Positions 30,550-40,927 of a DNA stretch of 64,000 nt are shown piece after piece. How positions within the stretch are numbered: the first letter of the stretch is position 1; the number at the start of each line of letters is the position of its first letter. The DNA is from an uncultured delta proteobacterium (GTDB lineage: Bacteria; Desulfobacterota; Desulfobacteria; Desulfobacterales; UBA2156): the NCBI GenBank assembly GCA_963736855.1, contig CAVTQK010000020.1:32001-96000 (forward strand). Direction: 5' to 3'. The notes under the pieces are model-generated. The model made no database searches. It worked only from the letters and a program-made list of their open reading frames with translations, and was not told the origin of the DNA. The position numbers were made by a program, and so were the translations under genes.

Positions 30550-31217
30550 CGGTACAGTCCCTTTTCAATCAGGTACATCTCCACTGTTTCGGGAACCCAG
30601 GCACGAACGCTTTTTCCACTCTGAACGTCTTTTCGGATATCCGTTGAGGATATGTTCAACAGAACATTCTGGAAAAAATGGATCGGCTTCAATCTTGGAT
30701 GCTGATAGCAGGTTCCATCCTCGGAAAGGCGGTAGTCGGAAGATAGGTTTGTCGTGATGAAAACATCCAAGGCGCCCACAGAGATGGGACCAGAATGAGG
30801 AATGAACCCGGGTCGCCTTATTACGATCAGGGGGATCTGTCCCAGGATCTTTTTAAAGGATTTCCACGTATGCATTTCTAAAAAGGCATCGTGTCCCATG
30901 ATGAGATACATTTGTGTCTCCCCGGAGACGTTTTCCAGGAAGAATCGAACAGTATCAACGGTATAAGACGGACCTGGACGCCTGATCTCGCAATCGGAAA
31001 CTGAGAATCCATCCATCCCGGTGAGAGCCATGCGAAGCATGGTCAGGCGATCCGCCGCAGGAGTCACCCGGATCCCTGTTTTGTGAGGAGGCACAGCAGA
31101 AGGGATAAAAACAACCTCGTCGAGCATGAATGCCTGTTTGACCTTTTTTACGGCCGTAAGGTGCCCCCGGTGGACCGGATCAAAAGTACCGCCGAAGAGT
31201 CCCACCCGGTTCATCAT
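30546..31217 (-). CDS. nadD: Nicotinate-nucleotide adenylyltransferase
   Basis: GGTFDPVHRGH, SYTVDT, ISSTDIR. Confidence 0.95.
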   Translation of the reverse strand: MMNRVGLFGGTFDPVHRGHLTAVKKVKQAFMLDEVVFIPSAVPPHKTGIRVTPAADRLTMLRMALTGMDGFSVSDCEIRRPGPSYTVDTVRFFLENVSGETQMYLIMGHDAFLEMHTWKSFKKILGQIPLIVIRRPGFIPHSGPISVGALDVFITTNLSSDYRLSEDGTCYQHPRLKPIHFFQNVLLNISSTDIRKDVQSGKSVRAWVPETVEMYLIEKGLYR

Positions 31218-31247
31218 CTTTCGGCGAACCCTTCAATTGCTTTGATA

Positions 31248-32507
31248 TTATTCAGTCCGTACCTGTCCGTTGCCGAAGACCACAAACTTCGTTGTCGTCA
31301 ACTCTTCAAGACCCATGGGCCCGAAAGCGTGCAGTTTGGAGGTGCTGATGCCGATTTCAGCCCCCAATCCCAGTTGACCACCGTCATTGAATCGCGTGGA
31401 AGCATTCACCAATACCACCGATGAATCCACTTCCCGGACGAATCGCCTTGCCCTGCCGTAGTCGCATGTCACGATAGCCTCGGTGTGGTTGGATCCGTAT
31501 CGCGTAATGTGATCGATGGCGTCATCCATGTCGGAAACCACTTTAACGGCCAGTATCAGGTCCAGGTATTCCGCAGACCAGTCTTCCTCCTGGGCGGCTT
31601 TTGCCAAAGGAAGGATCCGGCATGTCTTAGGGCAGCCTCGGATTTCGACTCCGGCCTCTCGGAATTGCGCGGCCATTTCCGGCAAGAATGCATCGGCTAC
31701 GGCCTGATGCACCAGCAAGGTCTCCATGGCATTACATACGCCGGGTCTCTGAACCTTCGCATTGAGGCAGATTTCCTGTGCCATGGTCAGATCGGCGCCA
31801 TCATCCACATACACATGGCACACTCCCTTGTAATGTTTCAGGACCGGGATTCTTGAATTCTGAGCAACGAATCGGATGAGCCCTTCGCCGCCCCGGGGAA
31901 TGATGAGATCGATGAACTCTTCAGCCTGCAACATGGCCAAGACAGCTTTTCGATCGCTTACCGGAATAACCTGCACCGCATCGCCGGGTAATCCCGCCCA
32001 TTCAAGCGCCTTCCCGATGACAGCGGCCAAGGCCGCATTCGAGTGCTGGGATTCGGAGCCTCCCCTGAGGATGACCGCATTTCCGGCTTTAAGGCACAGC
32101 GCCGCCGCATCCACGGTGACATTGGGCCTAGATTCGTAGATAATCCCGATGACACCCAGCGGGATTCGGACTCGGGACACCTGAATTCCATTGGGCCGCA
32201 TCCAGGTTTTCACTACCGCACCTACCGGGTCCTCGAGGCCGGCCACCTCTCTCAATCCTTGCGCCATGCTTTTAAGGGTCGCCTCCTTAAGGGTCAATCG
32301 ATCCATCATGGCCTTACTCAGGCCGGCTTTTGCAGCCCCATCCAGGTCTCTTTGGTTTTCGGTCTTGAGAAAAGGAGCTTCCCCTTCGATACGATCGGCA
32401 AGACGAATCAAAGCCCTGTTCTTTGCTTCGGTATCACATCGAGACATCCGTATAGATGCCTTTTTAGCCGATTGAGCCATCTGTAAAACAAGAGTTTCAA
32501 TATTCAT
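31248..32507 (-). CDS. proA: Gamma-glutamyl phosphate reductase
   Basis: [39 protein letters not shown]. Confidence 0.97.
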   Translation of the reverse strand: MNIETLVLQMAQSAKKASIRMSRCDTEAKNRALIRLADRIEGEAPFLKTENQRDLDGAAKAGLSKAMMDRLTLKEATLKSMAQGLREVAGLEDPVGAVVKTWMRPNGIQVSRVRIPLGVIGIIYESRPNVTVDAAALCLKAGNAVILRGGSESQHSNAALAAVIGKALEWAGLPGDAVQVIPVSDRKAVLAMLQAEEFIDLIIPRGGEGLIRFVAQNSRIPVLKHYKGVCHVYVDDGADLTMAQEICLNAKVQRPGVCNAMETLLVHQAVADAFLPEMAAQFREAGVEIRGCPKTCRILPLAKAAQEEDWSAEYLDLILAVKVVSDMDDAIDHITRYGSNHTEAIVTCDYGRARRFVREVDSSVVLVNASTRFNDGGQLGLGAEIGISTSKLHAFGPMGLEELTTTKFVVFGNGQVRTE

Positions 32508-32525
32508 GCGTCACCTTTATTGTTT

Positions 32526-32678
32526 GATGGCTTCGTAAAAAGTCCATCTGCTGCGTTGCACTGCATCCTTCGTCATTGCGGCGTACCCATATGTACGCCT
32601 CATTCCTCAGGATTTGCGCGCCTTGCATCTGAAGCTTTTTACTTTGCCATCCCAATTTTGAGTTTTTACGATTTCATC
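32526..32678 (+). mobile_element. 153-bp MITE, copy 3, inserted in the 3' end of proB
   Basis: Near-identical to copies 1 and 2; ATTGTT direct repeat at 32519-32524 and 32679-32684; the proB stop lies inside it. Confidence 0.9.
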
Positions 32679-33842
32679 ATTGTTCGATGCGATTTTTTCC
32701 GGCATCATTCCCACCGGATCTTCGACAGTTAAAACCAGATTATCCCGGTGAACGACCTCATCATACGGTTTATGTCCCAGGCGATCTTTGATCTGGTTGG
32801 TTTTTAACCCCATGATTTTGCGTATATCCGCCGAGCTGTAGTTGACCAACCCGGTCCCCAACATCCGATCATTCAATGAAAAAGCTACCGGCGCGCCGAC
32901 CTGGAAATCTCCCTCCACACCCACAATGCCGCTGGGCAAAAGGCTCTTTCCCCCCTTGATGATGGCGTTTGCCGCACCCTGATCCATGCAGATAATTCCC
33001 TTGGGTTTGAGGTTGAAGGCAATCCATGATTTCCTGCCGGAAAATTTATTGTTTTTCGGCACAAAAAAGGTCCCCAATTCTTCTCCGGACATTAAATTCA
33101 GGAGGACATCCGGGTGATTTCCGTTGGCGATCACCATGGGAATGCCGGCCGATGTGAGTTTTTTTGCCGCCTCAATTTTGCTGACCATGCCGCCGGTTCC
33201 CGACGACCCGGGAAGGTTTCCGGCCATTTTTTCAACCTCTTTGGTGATATGGGTCACCATGGGAATCAGCCTGGCATCCGCTTTTGAGGTGGGATTTTTC
33301 GTATAAAGCCCGTCGATATCGCTGAGAACGATTAGAATATCGGCGTCCATCATGAGGGTGATGAGGGCAGCCAGGTTGTCGTTGTCGCCAAACTGGATCT
33401 CCTTTATGGAAACCGTGTCATTCTCATTGATAATGGGGAGTACCCCCCACGACAGGAGTGTATACAGAGTGTTTCTGGCATTGAGATACCGTTTCCTATT
33501 GGAGAGGCCGTCATTGGTTAAAAGGATCTGGGCCACTTTCTTGTGGTACTTTGAAAAGGCTTTTTCATATTCCATGATCAGACCGGCCTGACCGACGGCG
33601 GCCACTGCTTGACGCATAGGAAGTTCGTCCGGCCGCCTGGGAAGACCGATCTTCCGGATCCCGGCCGCCTGAGCGCCGGATGAAACCAGCAGGACTTCCC
33701 GTTGTTGTCCGATGATGCGATGGACCTGTCGGCTAATGGATCGAATAGCCTTGAGGTTGAGACCGGCAGGACCGGTCAGGATGCTGCTTCCCACCTTGAC
33801 AACGATGCGTTTCGAGTTCGAAAAACACGTTGCTCGATCCAT
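32607..33842 (-). CDS. proB: Glutamate 5-kinase with PUA domain; last 23 aa derive from the MITE
   Basis: VVKVGSS, IINENDTV, FGDNDNL, GTGGMVSK, SLLPSGI; start taken at MDRATC. Confidence 0.95.
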   Translation of the reverse strand: MDRATCFSNSKRIVVKVGSSILTGPAGLNLKAIRSISRQVHRIIGQQREVLLVSSGAQAAGIRKIGLPRRPDELPMRQAVAAVGQAGLIMEYEKAFSKYHKKVAQILLTNDGLSNRKRYLNARNTLYTLLSWGVLPIINENDTVSIKEIQFGDNDNLAALITLMMDADILIVLSDIDGLYTKNPTSKADARLIPMVTHITKEVEKMAGNLPGSSGTGGMVSKIEAAKKLTSAGIPMVIANGNHPDVLLNLMSGEELGTFFVPKNNKFSGRKSWIAFNLKPKGIICMDQGAANAIIKGGKSLLPSGIVGVEGDFQVGAPVAFSLNDRMLGTGLVNYSSADIRKIMGLKTNQIKDRLGHKPYDEVVHRDNLVLTVEDPVGMMPEKIASNNDEIVKTQNWDGKVKSFRCKARKS

Positions 33843-33844
33843 CT

Positions 33845-34846
33845 TCAAGAGCAAGCTCCTTGCTGTAATTTATAAATGATATCCTTCAAGGCCTCAATTC
33901 CCCGTCCCGTCCGGGCGGAAATCCGGATCGGTCGAATCGGTCGGATAGCCTTTTCGAAGGCATCGGCATGAGGTTCGGCATCGGGAAGATCCATCTTGTT
34001 GAGAACCACCAGTTGTTTTTTCTGCGCCAGTGCCGGGTGATAGGAAATAAGTTCTCGATTGACCATTTCATACGCGGCAACCGTATTTAAAGGGTTGACG
34101 GCGGCCGCATCGATCAGATGCACCAGAACCCTGGTCCGTTCGATGTGTTTTAAAAACCGTATCCCCAACCCGGCGCCTTCATGGGCACCTTCGATGAGGC
34201 CGGGAATGTCAGCCACGATAAAGGGGTCTCCATGTTTCGGATACACCACACCCAGGATGGGGACTAAAGTCGTAAATGGATAATCCGCTACCTTTGGTTT
34301 GGCGGAGGAGATGGCACGGATGAGAGTGGATTTTCCGGAATTTGGCAGGCCCACGATCCCCACATCGGCAATGAGTTTTAATTCGAGCCGGAAGGCTCTG
34401 GTTTGGCCGGTCTCTCCAGGTTGAGAAAATTTGGGGCTCTGGTGTGTGGAGGTCTTGAAGTGAGCGTTTCCCTTTCCTCCTCGCCCCCCCTTGGCGACGA
34501 TGATTTTTTCTCCGGTTTTCACCAAATCCTCAAGGATCTGGTTTGAATCGAGGTCTCGGACCACGGTCCCCGGTGGGAGCATAATAATTAAATCCGAACC
34601 GCTCTTACCGGATCGGTTTTTCCCGGCGCCGTTACGGCCTGCCGGGGCCTTGAAGTGGGTTTTGTTGCGGAAATGATACAGAGTGTTCTTCTCGGATGAG
34701 GCCAACAGGATGACGTCGCCGCCCCTGCCTCCGTCTCCTCCGTCAGGACCTCCTTTGGGTATAAACTTTTCCCGGCGAAAACTTACACAACCGCTTCCGC
34801 CTTTTCCGGATTCAACGGATATGATCGCCTCATCGATGAATTTCAA
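33845..34846 (-). CDS. obgE: GTPase Obg/CgtA
   Basis: [38 protein letters not shown] start overlapping the rpmA stop. Confidence 0.96.
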   Translation of the reverse strand: MKFIDEAIISVESGKGGSGCVSFRREKFIPKGGPDGGDGGRGGDVILLASSEKNTLYHFRNKTHFKAPAGRNGAGKNRSGKSGSDLIIMLPPGTVVRDLDSNQILEDLVKTGEKIIVAKGGRGGKGNAHFKTSTHQSPKFSQPGETGQTRAFRLELKLIADVGIVGLPNSGKSTLIRAISSAKPKVADYPFTTLVPILGVVYPKHGDPFIVADIPGLIEGAHEGAGLGIRFLKHIERTRVLVHLIDAAAVNPLNTVAAYEMVNRELISYHPALAQKKQLVVLNKMDLPDAEPHADAFEKAIRPIRPIRISARTGRGIEALKDIIYKLQQGACS

Positions 34847-35097
34847 GCCGGAATGACACTGACTTTCCTGCGCGTTTTTCCCAGTCGCTCGTATTCAACA
34901 ACCCCATCGATTGTAGCAAAAAGGGTGTAGTCTTTCCCCATTCCCACGTTGTTTCCCGGATGAATTTTTGTCCCGAGCTGTCGAATCAGGATATTGCCGG
35001 CTTTGACGCGGTTCCCGCCGTAACATTTGACTCCGCGCCTCTGCCCATGGCTGTCTCGCCCGTTTCGCGAACTTCCGCCTGCTTTTTTATGTGCCAT
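34843..35097 (-). CDS. rpmA: 50S ribosomal protein L27
   Basis: [16 protein letters not shown]. Confidence 0.98.
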   Translation of the reverse strand: MAHKKAGGSSRNGRDSHGQRRGVKCYGGNRVKAGNILIRQLGTKIHPGNNVGMGKDYTLFATIDGVVEYERLGKTRRKVSVIPA

Positions 35098-35115
35098 CGT
35101 TTGACTCCCGAATAA

Positions 35116-35427
35116 CTATGCTTGAATCTGGTCGATTCGAATTGCCGTGAACTGCTGGCGATGACCCTGCTTCCATCGATAACGTTTACGTCGTTTATAC
35201 TTAAAGACAATGATTTTTTCGCCCTTGCCCTGCTCGGCAATATGTCCGTGGATCTTCACATGATCCAGATATGGCCTTCCGACGCTTAAGTTCTGTCCGT
35301 CCGAGTACAGGAGCACCTGATCGAAAAAGATCGGAGCGCCCACATCCCCAGGCAGCTTCTCCACCCTGAGTGTCTGCCCCTCCTGGACTTTATATTGCTT
35401 TCCTCCTGATGAAACCACTGCGTACAT
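35116..35427 (-). CDS. rplU: 50S ribosomal protein L21
   Basis: MYAVVSSGGKQYKV...GHRQ. Confidence 0.97.
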   Translation of the reverse strand: MYAVVSSGGKQYKVQEGQTLRVEKLPGDVGAPIFFDQVLLYSDGQNLSVGRPYLDHVKIHGHIAEQGKGEKIIVFKYKRRKRYRWKQGHRQQFTAIRIDQIQA

Positions 35428-35467
35428 GGATCTCCTCCGCAACCTTTGAAAACGATTTAAAAAACGA

Positions 35468-35496
35468 ATTATCAAATTTTGAGGAGATTTTGTCAA
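35468..35496 (-). promoter_or_regulatory. Sigma70 promoter of the rplU operon
   Basis: Minus strand TTGACA-17 bp-GATAAT. Confidence 0.65.
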
Positions 35497-35560
35497 GAAA
35501 AAATTGAATCGGCGTTTTTTTTGCGATATGATTCAAGAAAATAACTTGATAGAGGCGGTC

Positions 35561-36004
35561 ATGCGGATTGTATCCCTTGCTGTTAGCCGGAAAAAGGGGG
35601 TTCGAAAACAGATGGTAGATCGAGTCGTTATGATCCCGGATCATGGGATCGAGGGGGATGCGCATGCAGGCGCCTGGCACAGACAGGTCAGTTTCCTTGC
35701 TGCGGAAAGCATCGAGAAGGCCAGACAGACAGGCCTTAAAGTTTCTTTCGGCGATTTTGCAGAAAATATCGCCACGGAAGGAATCGATTGGAAGGCGGTT
35801 TCTGTCGGAACCCGTTTCAGACTGGGAGAAAGCGTCCTCGTGGAGATCACCCAGATCGGAAAGGAATGCCATAAACGGTGTGCCATTTACTATCAGGCCG
35901 GAGACTGTATTATGCCGAAGGAAGGCGTTTTCGGTCGTGTTGTTCAAGGAGGAACCCTTCATTGTGGAGACAGCATCCAAATCGTTCAAGGTAAAAAGAA
36001 TTAG
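35561..36004 (+). CDS. MOSC domain protein
   Basis: GIEGDAHAG, RQVS, GDFAENI, TQIGKECH, CIMPKEGVF. Confidence 0.9.
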   Translation: MRIVSLAVSRKKGVRKQMVDRVVMIPDHGIEGDAHAGAWHRQVSFLAAESIEKARQTGLKVSFGDFAENIATEGIDWKAVSVGTRFRLGESVLVEITQIGKECHKRCAIYYQAGDCIMPKEGVFGRVVQGGTLHCGDSIQIVQGKKN

Positions 36005-36055
36005 GATGCTTTTTATCCTATCACCTGTCCATCGACTGGAAACTATGGAATCACC

Positions 36056-36853
36056 ATGAAACCGGTTTCGAATTATGACCTTACCTGGCGTCTCGGCAAC
36101 CAGGTGGCCCGTATCCCAGGCGCCGTAATCAGCGAAGAGCCCCTGTCCATCCGGATCCAAGGGAATCCCTATTCGGTCATCATGCGAACTCCTGGGGATG
36201 AGATCTCCCACGCGGCCGGGTTTTGCCTCGGCGAAGGGATCGTGGACACCCCAGACGACTTTGCATCCATCGGGTTCTGCGACAACCAGGACACCAACGT
36301 GGTCACCGTTACCCTGAATCCGTCCCGGCGCTCCCTGATTGCCGACCTCCTTAATCGGCGAGGATTCATCAGCCAGACCAGCTGCGGCATATGCGGCAGG
36401 GAACTGGTGGGTGAGCTTTTCCAGATGATCCGACCGGTCCAAAGGGAGGTGCGCATCCCCATGGAGACGGCTCTGTCCCGTCTTTCCAGGCTTTCCGACC
36501 TGCAACCCTTGCGGAAGACCACCCGATCCTCCCACGCGGCGGCTATTTTCCAAACGGAGGAGGCTCCCTTGTCCATTGCGGAAGATGTGGGCCGCCACAA
36601 TGCGCTGGACAAGGCCATCGGCAAGCTTTTTTTGCAGCAAAAGCTACACCTGGCCGAAATGGTGATTCTGTCTTCGCGGATCAGCTACGAGTTGGTTCAG
36701 AAAACGGCCCGGGCCAAGATTCCGGTTCTCCTGGCGGTGTCGCGACCCACCTCACTGGCGGTGGAATTGGCCTCACGACTGAACATGACGCTCGGGTGCC
36801 TCTCAAAAGATGACGGGCTTTATCTATATACCGGGGAACATCGGATAATCTAG
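36056..36853 (+). CDS. fdhD: Formate dehydrogenase accessory sulfurtransferase
   Basis: EEPL, MRTPG, TSCGICG, EDVGRHNALDK. Confidence 0.94.
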   Translation: MKPVSNYDLTWRLGNQVARIPGAVISEEPLSIRIQGNPYSVIMRTPGDEISHAAGFCLGEGIVDTPDDFASIGFCDNQDTNVVTVTLNPSRRSLIADLLNRRGFISQTSCGICGRELVGELFQMIRPVQREVRIPMETALSRLSRLSDLQPLRKTTRSSHAAAIFQTEEAPLSIAEDVGRHNALDKAIGKLFLQQKLHLAEMVILSSRISYELVQKTARAKIPVLLAVSRPTSLAVELASRLNMTLGCLSKDDGLYLYTGEHRII

Positions 36854-36865
36854 AAAAAGCAGATG

Positions 36866-36900
36866 CAAAAAATGGGGCCCCTAGCCGTCTGCAGGGGCCC
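36866..36900 (-). terminator. Probable terminator of the dsr operon (between convergent fdhD and dsrP)
   Basis: Stem GGGCCCCT/AGGGGCCC followed by a T-run on the minus strand. Confidence 0.6.
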
Positions 36901-36927
36901 TCGTGTTTCTAAAAATTCGACTGATTA

Positions 36928-38094
36928 TTAAGAAGCGACGCCGGCCACTTCCTCCTTGACCGTAACGGCGATCTTGAAGAGTACGGTCAACACGAAAAAG
37001 CCGGTGGCCCATACTCCCAACGTAATCAGGATCTCCGGTATCGTCGGCACATACTCGTTGACATGATGAAGGGGGGAGGGCACGAATCCGCCGGAAATCA
37101 TGCCGAGTCCCTTGTCGATCCACGTGCCGGTAAAAACAGTGGCACAGGCAATGGCCAGGATACTTTCATTTTGTCGCGTGGACGGGATCACCAGCAGGAT
37201 GATGGAAATGATCATGAGAGCCAGCGAGGTCCACATCCATGGAACCAGGGCGCCTTTTCCGTGCAATCCCACAAAGAGGTATTTGAAATGATCCATGTGC
37301 TCCGGAATCTTGCTGTAAAAGACGACAAAAACCTCACAGAGGAGGAAAAAGACGTTGATGGAGATTGCATAAGCCACGATCTTAGCCAGGGATTGGATCT
37401 GTTCTTTTCCAGGATCGAATTTGGTCAGTTTACGCACGATAAGGCAGAGCAGGATCAATAAGGACGGCCCGGACGCAAAGGCGGAAGAAAGGAACCGGGG
37501 AGCCAGAATGGCGGTGAGCCAGAACCCTCTTCCGGGAAGGCCGCAGTACAAAAATGCGGTGACCGTGTGAATACTCACCGCCCAGGGAATGGAAAGGTAG
37601 ATCAGGGGTTTGATCCAGGAGGGCGGAGCTACGGCATTGCGTTCAGCCTCTAAAATCTTCCAGCCGATGACGATATTCAGTAAAAGATAGCCGTTCAGAA
37701 CGATCATGTCCCAAAACAGGACGGAGTTGGGTGTGGGATATAGGAGCACATTGAGTACCCGCATCGGTTGCCCGAGATCCACAAAAATAAACAGGATGCA
37801 CATGGTCACCGAAGCCACGGCAAGGAATTCCCCAAGGATCGTGATCTTTCCGAAGGCTTTATAATGATGAAGATAATAAGGAAGAACGAGCATCACCGCC
37901 GAAGCAGCCACTCCGACCAGGAAGGTGAACTGGGCGATATAAAACCCCCAGGTCACGTCCCGACTCATGCCCGTGATCCCCAAACCGAATCTCAGCTGCC
38001 ATATATAAAAGCCGAATCCGATTCCGATGACGGCAAGAAGCGCCATCATCCACCCATAATACCGCTTGCTTCCTTTAAAGGCTTTTTCAAGCAT
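36928..38094 (-). CDS. dsrP: DsrP, NrfD-family integral membrane subunit
   Basis: TGMSRDVTWGFYIAQFTFLVGVAA, SIPWAVSIHTVTAF; last gene of dsrMKJOP. Confidence 0.94.
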   Translation of the reverse strand: MLEKAFKGSKRYYGWMMALLAVIGIGFGFYIWQLRFGLGITGMSRDVTWGFYIAQFTFLVGVAASAVMLVLPYYLHHYKAFGKITILGEFLAVASVTMCILFIFVDLGQPMRVLNVLLYPTPNSVLFWDMIVLNGYLLLNIVIGWKILEAERNAVAPPSWIKPLIYLSIPWAVSIHTVTAFLYCGLPGRGFWLTAILAPRFLSSAFASGPSLLILLCLIVRKLTKFDPGKEQIQSLAKIVAYAISINVFFLLCEVFVVFYSKIPEHMDHFKYLFVGLHGKGALVPWMWTSLALMIISIILLVIPSTRQNESILAIACATVFTGTWIDKGLGMISGGFVPSPLHHVNEYVPTIPEILITLGVWATGFFVLTVLFKIAVTVKEEVAGVAS

Positions 38095-38101
38095 AACCAC
38101 C

Positions 38102-38893
38102 TCATACAATGTAGTAGATAGCCGGGCCGGTGCCCAGGGCCTGTTTTCGCCGAATAGTGAAGTTTTCGCGTAAAAGCTTTCTGACCTCGGACTCGGGGTT
38201 CTCCAGATCGCCGAAGACTAGCGCGCCGTTGGAGGCCTCCACGCACGCCGGCATCTGGCCTACCGCCAGCCGCTCCTCGCAGAAATTGCACTTCTCGACT
38301 ACCCCTTTCATCCGGGTGGGAAACTTCGGATTGGTCTCTTTGATGAAGGGGCGGGGATCCCTGAAATTGAAGCTTCGCGATCCATAGGGACAGGCGGCCA
38401 TGCAAAACCGGCAGCCGATGCACCGGTGAAAGTCCATTAAAACGATGCCGTCATCCCGTTTGAAAGTCGCCTTAGTGGGACATGCCCGTACACAGGGCGG
38501 GTCCTCGCATTGGTTACAAAGCACCAGAAAAGGCAAATGTTCGATGCGTTCGGGAAGAAACCGAAGCTCCTGGTCAGGAAAGGCGTGCTTGAATTCTTCT
38601 TCCCAGATCCATTTGATCTCGTGGCGCTTATTGTCGATTAAAGGGACGTTGTGGATTTTATGGCATGCCTCGATGATCGGCCGGAGATCTTCTTCAGACT
38701 CAAACTTACGGGTATCGATGACCATGGCCCACTGTTTGGCCTTCAGCGCCTTCTCGTTCCTATAGACCTTTTCGGCGGGCGCTTCACCGTGTCCCCCGGA
38801 AGCGGCTAAAAGGTCGGCAACCGGCTTGAGCAGTCCTGTCCCAAGCGCAGAAACTCCGGCGACTTTTAAAAAGCTTCTTCTGCTGCTTTTCAT
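38102..38893 (-). CDS. dsrO: DsrO, periplasmic iron-sulfur protein
   Basis: Tat signal SRRSFLK; CNQCEDPPCVRACP, CIGCRFCMAACPY, KCNFC. Confidence 0.93.
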   Translation of the reverse strand: MKSSRRSFLKVAGVSALGTGLLKPVADLLAASGGHGEAPAEKVYRNEKALKAKQWAMVIDTRKFESEEDLRPIIEACHKIHNVPLIDNKRHEIKWIWEEEFKHAFPDQELRFLPERIEHLPFLVLCNQCEDPPCVRACPTKATFKRDDGIVLMDFHRCIGCRFCMAACPYGSRSFNFRDPRPFIKETNPKFPTRMKGVVEKCNFCEERLAVGQMPACVEASNGALVFGDLENPESEVRKLLRENFTIRRKQALGTGPAIYYIV

Positions 38894-39300
38894 TCCTTTG
38901 TCTCCTTCGGTTTTTCAATATGGCAGTCCCAGCAATAGGGGGCCACCGCAACATAGTTGTGGCACCGATCGCAAAACTCCGCTTTGTTTGAATGGCAATC
39001 GAGGCAGGTGTTGGAGAGGCTCATATCGAATCGCTTCCCGTCGCCGGTTTCATAGATGCGGTTGGTGTTGCGGACCACGGTGTTCCGCCAATCATTGAGA
39101 ATCTGCATATGCTCGGATTTCATGACATCCTTGGGACGGATGCATACCTTTTCCGCCTTTGCTTTTTCGGTGAGTTGGGGCTCCGGCGTGGGTGCGGCCT
39201 TCCCGTGATTGTACCAAAACGGGAGGGTTACCAGGATGACAAAAATGATGAGCCCGATAAAAACCTTGCCTCCGTCATAAAACGTCTTGGCGTTATTCAT
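38890..39300 (-). CDS. dsrJ: DsrJ, triheme cytochrome c
   Basis: Three CxxCH motifs (CLDCH, CDRCH, CWDCH), N-terminal TM, MKSEHM. Confidence 0.94.
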   Translation of the reverse strand: MNNAKTFYDGGKVFIGLIIFVILVTLPFWYNHGKAAPTPEPQLTEKAKAEKVCIRPKDVMKSEHMQILNDWRNTVVRNTNRIYETGDGKRFDMSLSNTCLDCHSNKAEFCDRCHNYVAVAPYCWDCHIEKPKETKE

Positions 39301-40924
39301 CTTCCCCCTCCATTCCAGGCAGCGGTTCTTTGCGCAGGTTCGTGGTCCTCTCATGCTGGCCGGGAATATTCAGGGCATTGGCCACCAGCTCATGGACTCC
39401 GGTGACGTTGACTCCAGGAACCCAATACTCCATCGACGCCGTTAATACGGCCCGGTCGATAGCGCAGATGCAAGCCAGCATATTGACACCATGCTTCTCA
39501 TGAACGTACTTGACGGCATTGGCCCGAGGGAAACCCCCAATCATGCGAAGCTCCATGTTCTCTCCAGCGTTGAGGCCGGATCCGCTTCCACAGCAGAAGG
39601 TCTGCTCTCGGATGGTGTTGGACGGCATTTCAAAGAAATGGTTACAGACATTCTTGATGACGTATCGGGGTTCTTCCAAAATCCCCATGCCCCGGGAAGT
39701 GTTACAGGAATCATGGTAGGTGATGATAAGGTTGTCATTGCGGCTAGGATCCAGATCCAGCTTGCCGTGTTGGATCAGATCGGCGGTAAACTCGGCGATG
39801 TGGACCATTTTCGTCGATTTGGCGTTTTGAAATTTAGTTCCCGTGATGGGCGATACCGGCTCTTCCAGAAAATCGGCAGGCCCGTTCATGGTGTCCATGT
39901 ACTGATGAATCACCCTCCACATGTGGCCGCATTCCCCGCCCAGAATCCATTTCACTCCCAGGCGCTTGGCTTCGGCATACATCTTGGCATTGAGCCGCTT
40001 CATGGTTTCATGAGAGGTGAAAAATCCGAAATTCCCGCCTTCAGAAGCATAAGTGCTCCAGGTCACATCCAGCCCGTATTTTTCCTTTAAAAAATGGAAC
40101 AGCACGAGGTATCCCATGGCAGTGTACGTTCCGGGGTCGGCAAAGACATCGCCGGAGGGGGTGATGAAGAGAATTTCGGCGCCCTTCTTGTTGAGGTTGG
40201 GTTCTACGCGAACGCCGGTGACTTCTTCGATCTCATCTACGAAGAAATCGATCATATCCACAAATGCGTGGGGTTGAATCCCCAGGTGATTTCCGGTGCG
40301 GTAGCAATTGGAAACCGGGGTAGCGATCCAGTCGATGTTAAGCCCAAGAAGATTCATAAGCTCCCGGGCCATGATGGTGATCTCTGCGGTATCGATACCG
40401 TAAGGACAGAAGACGGAGCAACGCCGGCATTCGGTGCATTGAAAATAATAATACCACCATTCCTTTAATACATCGAGGGTCATTTCCCGGGCCCCGGCCA
40501 GCCGGCCGAAAAGCTTCCCGGCCATCGTGAAATCCCTCCGATAAACGGACCTTAAAAGTTCGGCCCGCAGCACTGGCATGTTCTTGGGATCCCCGCTGCC
40601 GATGAAAAAATGGCATTTATCGGCACAGGCCCCGCATCGGACACAGATGTCCATGAAGATTTTAAAGGTCCTGAATTTTTCAAGCCGTTCCCTCATCCCT
40701 TCGAAAAGGATCTCTTTCCAGTTGGGAGGAAGCTTCCAGTCCTGCTCCATCGGATTCCATGCCCGGGCGTAGGGAAACCCGAGGGTCTCCAGGCTCTTCG
40801 GGTTTGCCGCATAACAATACATCCCTTTGCGGATCTGGGCGGACGTGTCCATCCATCCGGTCTGGGGAGGCCGCGGTTTGATGTTGGCGATCAGTTCATG
40901 GGGTTTCAACAGGTCGTCTGCCAT
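39293..40924 (-). CDS. dsrK: DsrK, HdrD-like Fe-S catalytic subunit
   Basis: CVRCGACADKCH, CTECRRCSVFCP, GECGH, CCG domain FCCGSGSG. Confidence 0.95.
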   Translation of the reverse strand: MADDLLKPHELIANIKPRPPQTGWMDTSAQIRKGMYCYAANPKSLETLGFPYARAWNPMEQDWKLPPNWKEILFEGMRERLEKFRTFKIFMDICVRCGACADKCHFFIGSGDPKNMPVLRAELLRSVYRRDFTMAGKLFGRLAGAREMTLDVLKEWWYYYFQCTECRRCSVFCPYGIDTAEITIMARELMNLLGLNIDWIATPVSNCYRTGNHLGIQPHAFVDMIDFFVDEIEEVTGVRVEPNLNKKGAEILFITPSGDVFADPGTYTAMGYLVLFHFLKEKYGLDVTWSTYASEGGNFGFFTSHETMKRLNAKMYAEAKRLGVKWILGGECGHMWRVIHQYMDTMNGPADFLEEPVSPITGTKFQNAKSTKMVHIAEFTADLIQHGKLDLDPSRNDNLIITYHDSCNTSRGMGILEEPRYVIKNVCNHFFEMPSNTIREQTFCCGSGSGLNAGENMELRMIGGFPRANAVKYVHEKHGVNMLACICAIDRAVLTASMEYWVPGVNVTGVHELVANALNIPGQHERTTNLRKEPLPGMEGEDE

Positions 40925-40927
40925 TGC

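Noticed and set aside
35390..36640. 416-aa minus-strand ORF
   Set aside because: Antisense shadow of the MOSC gene and fdhD
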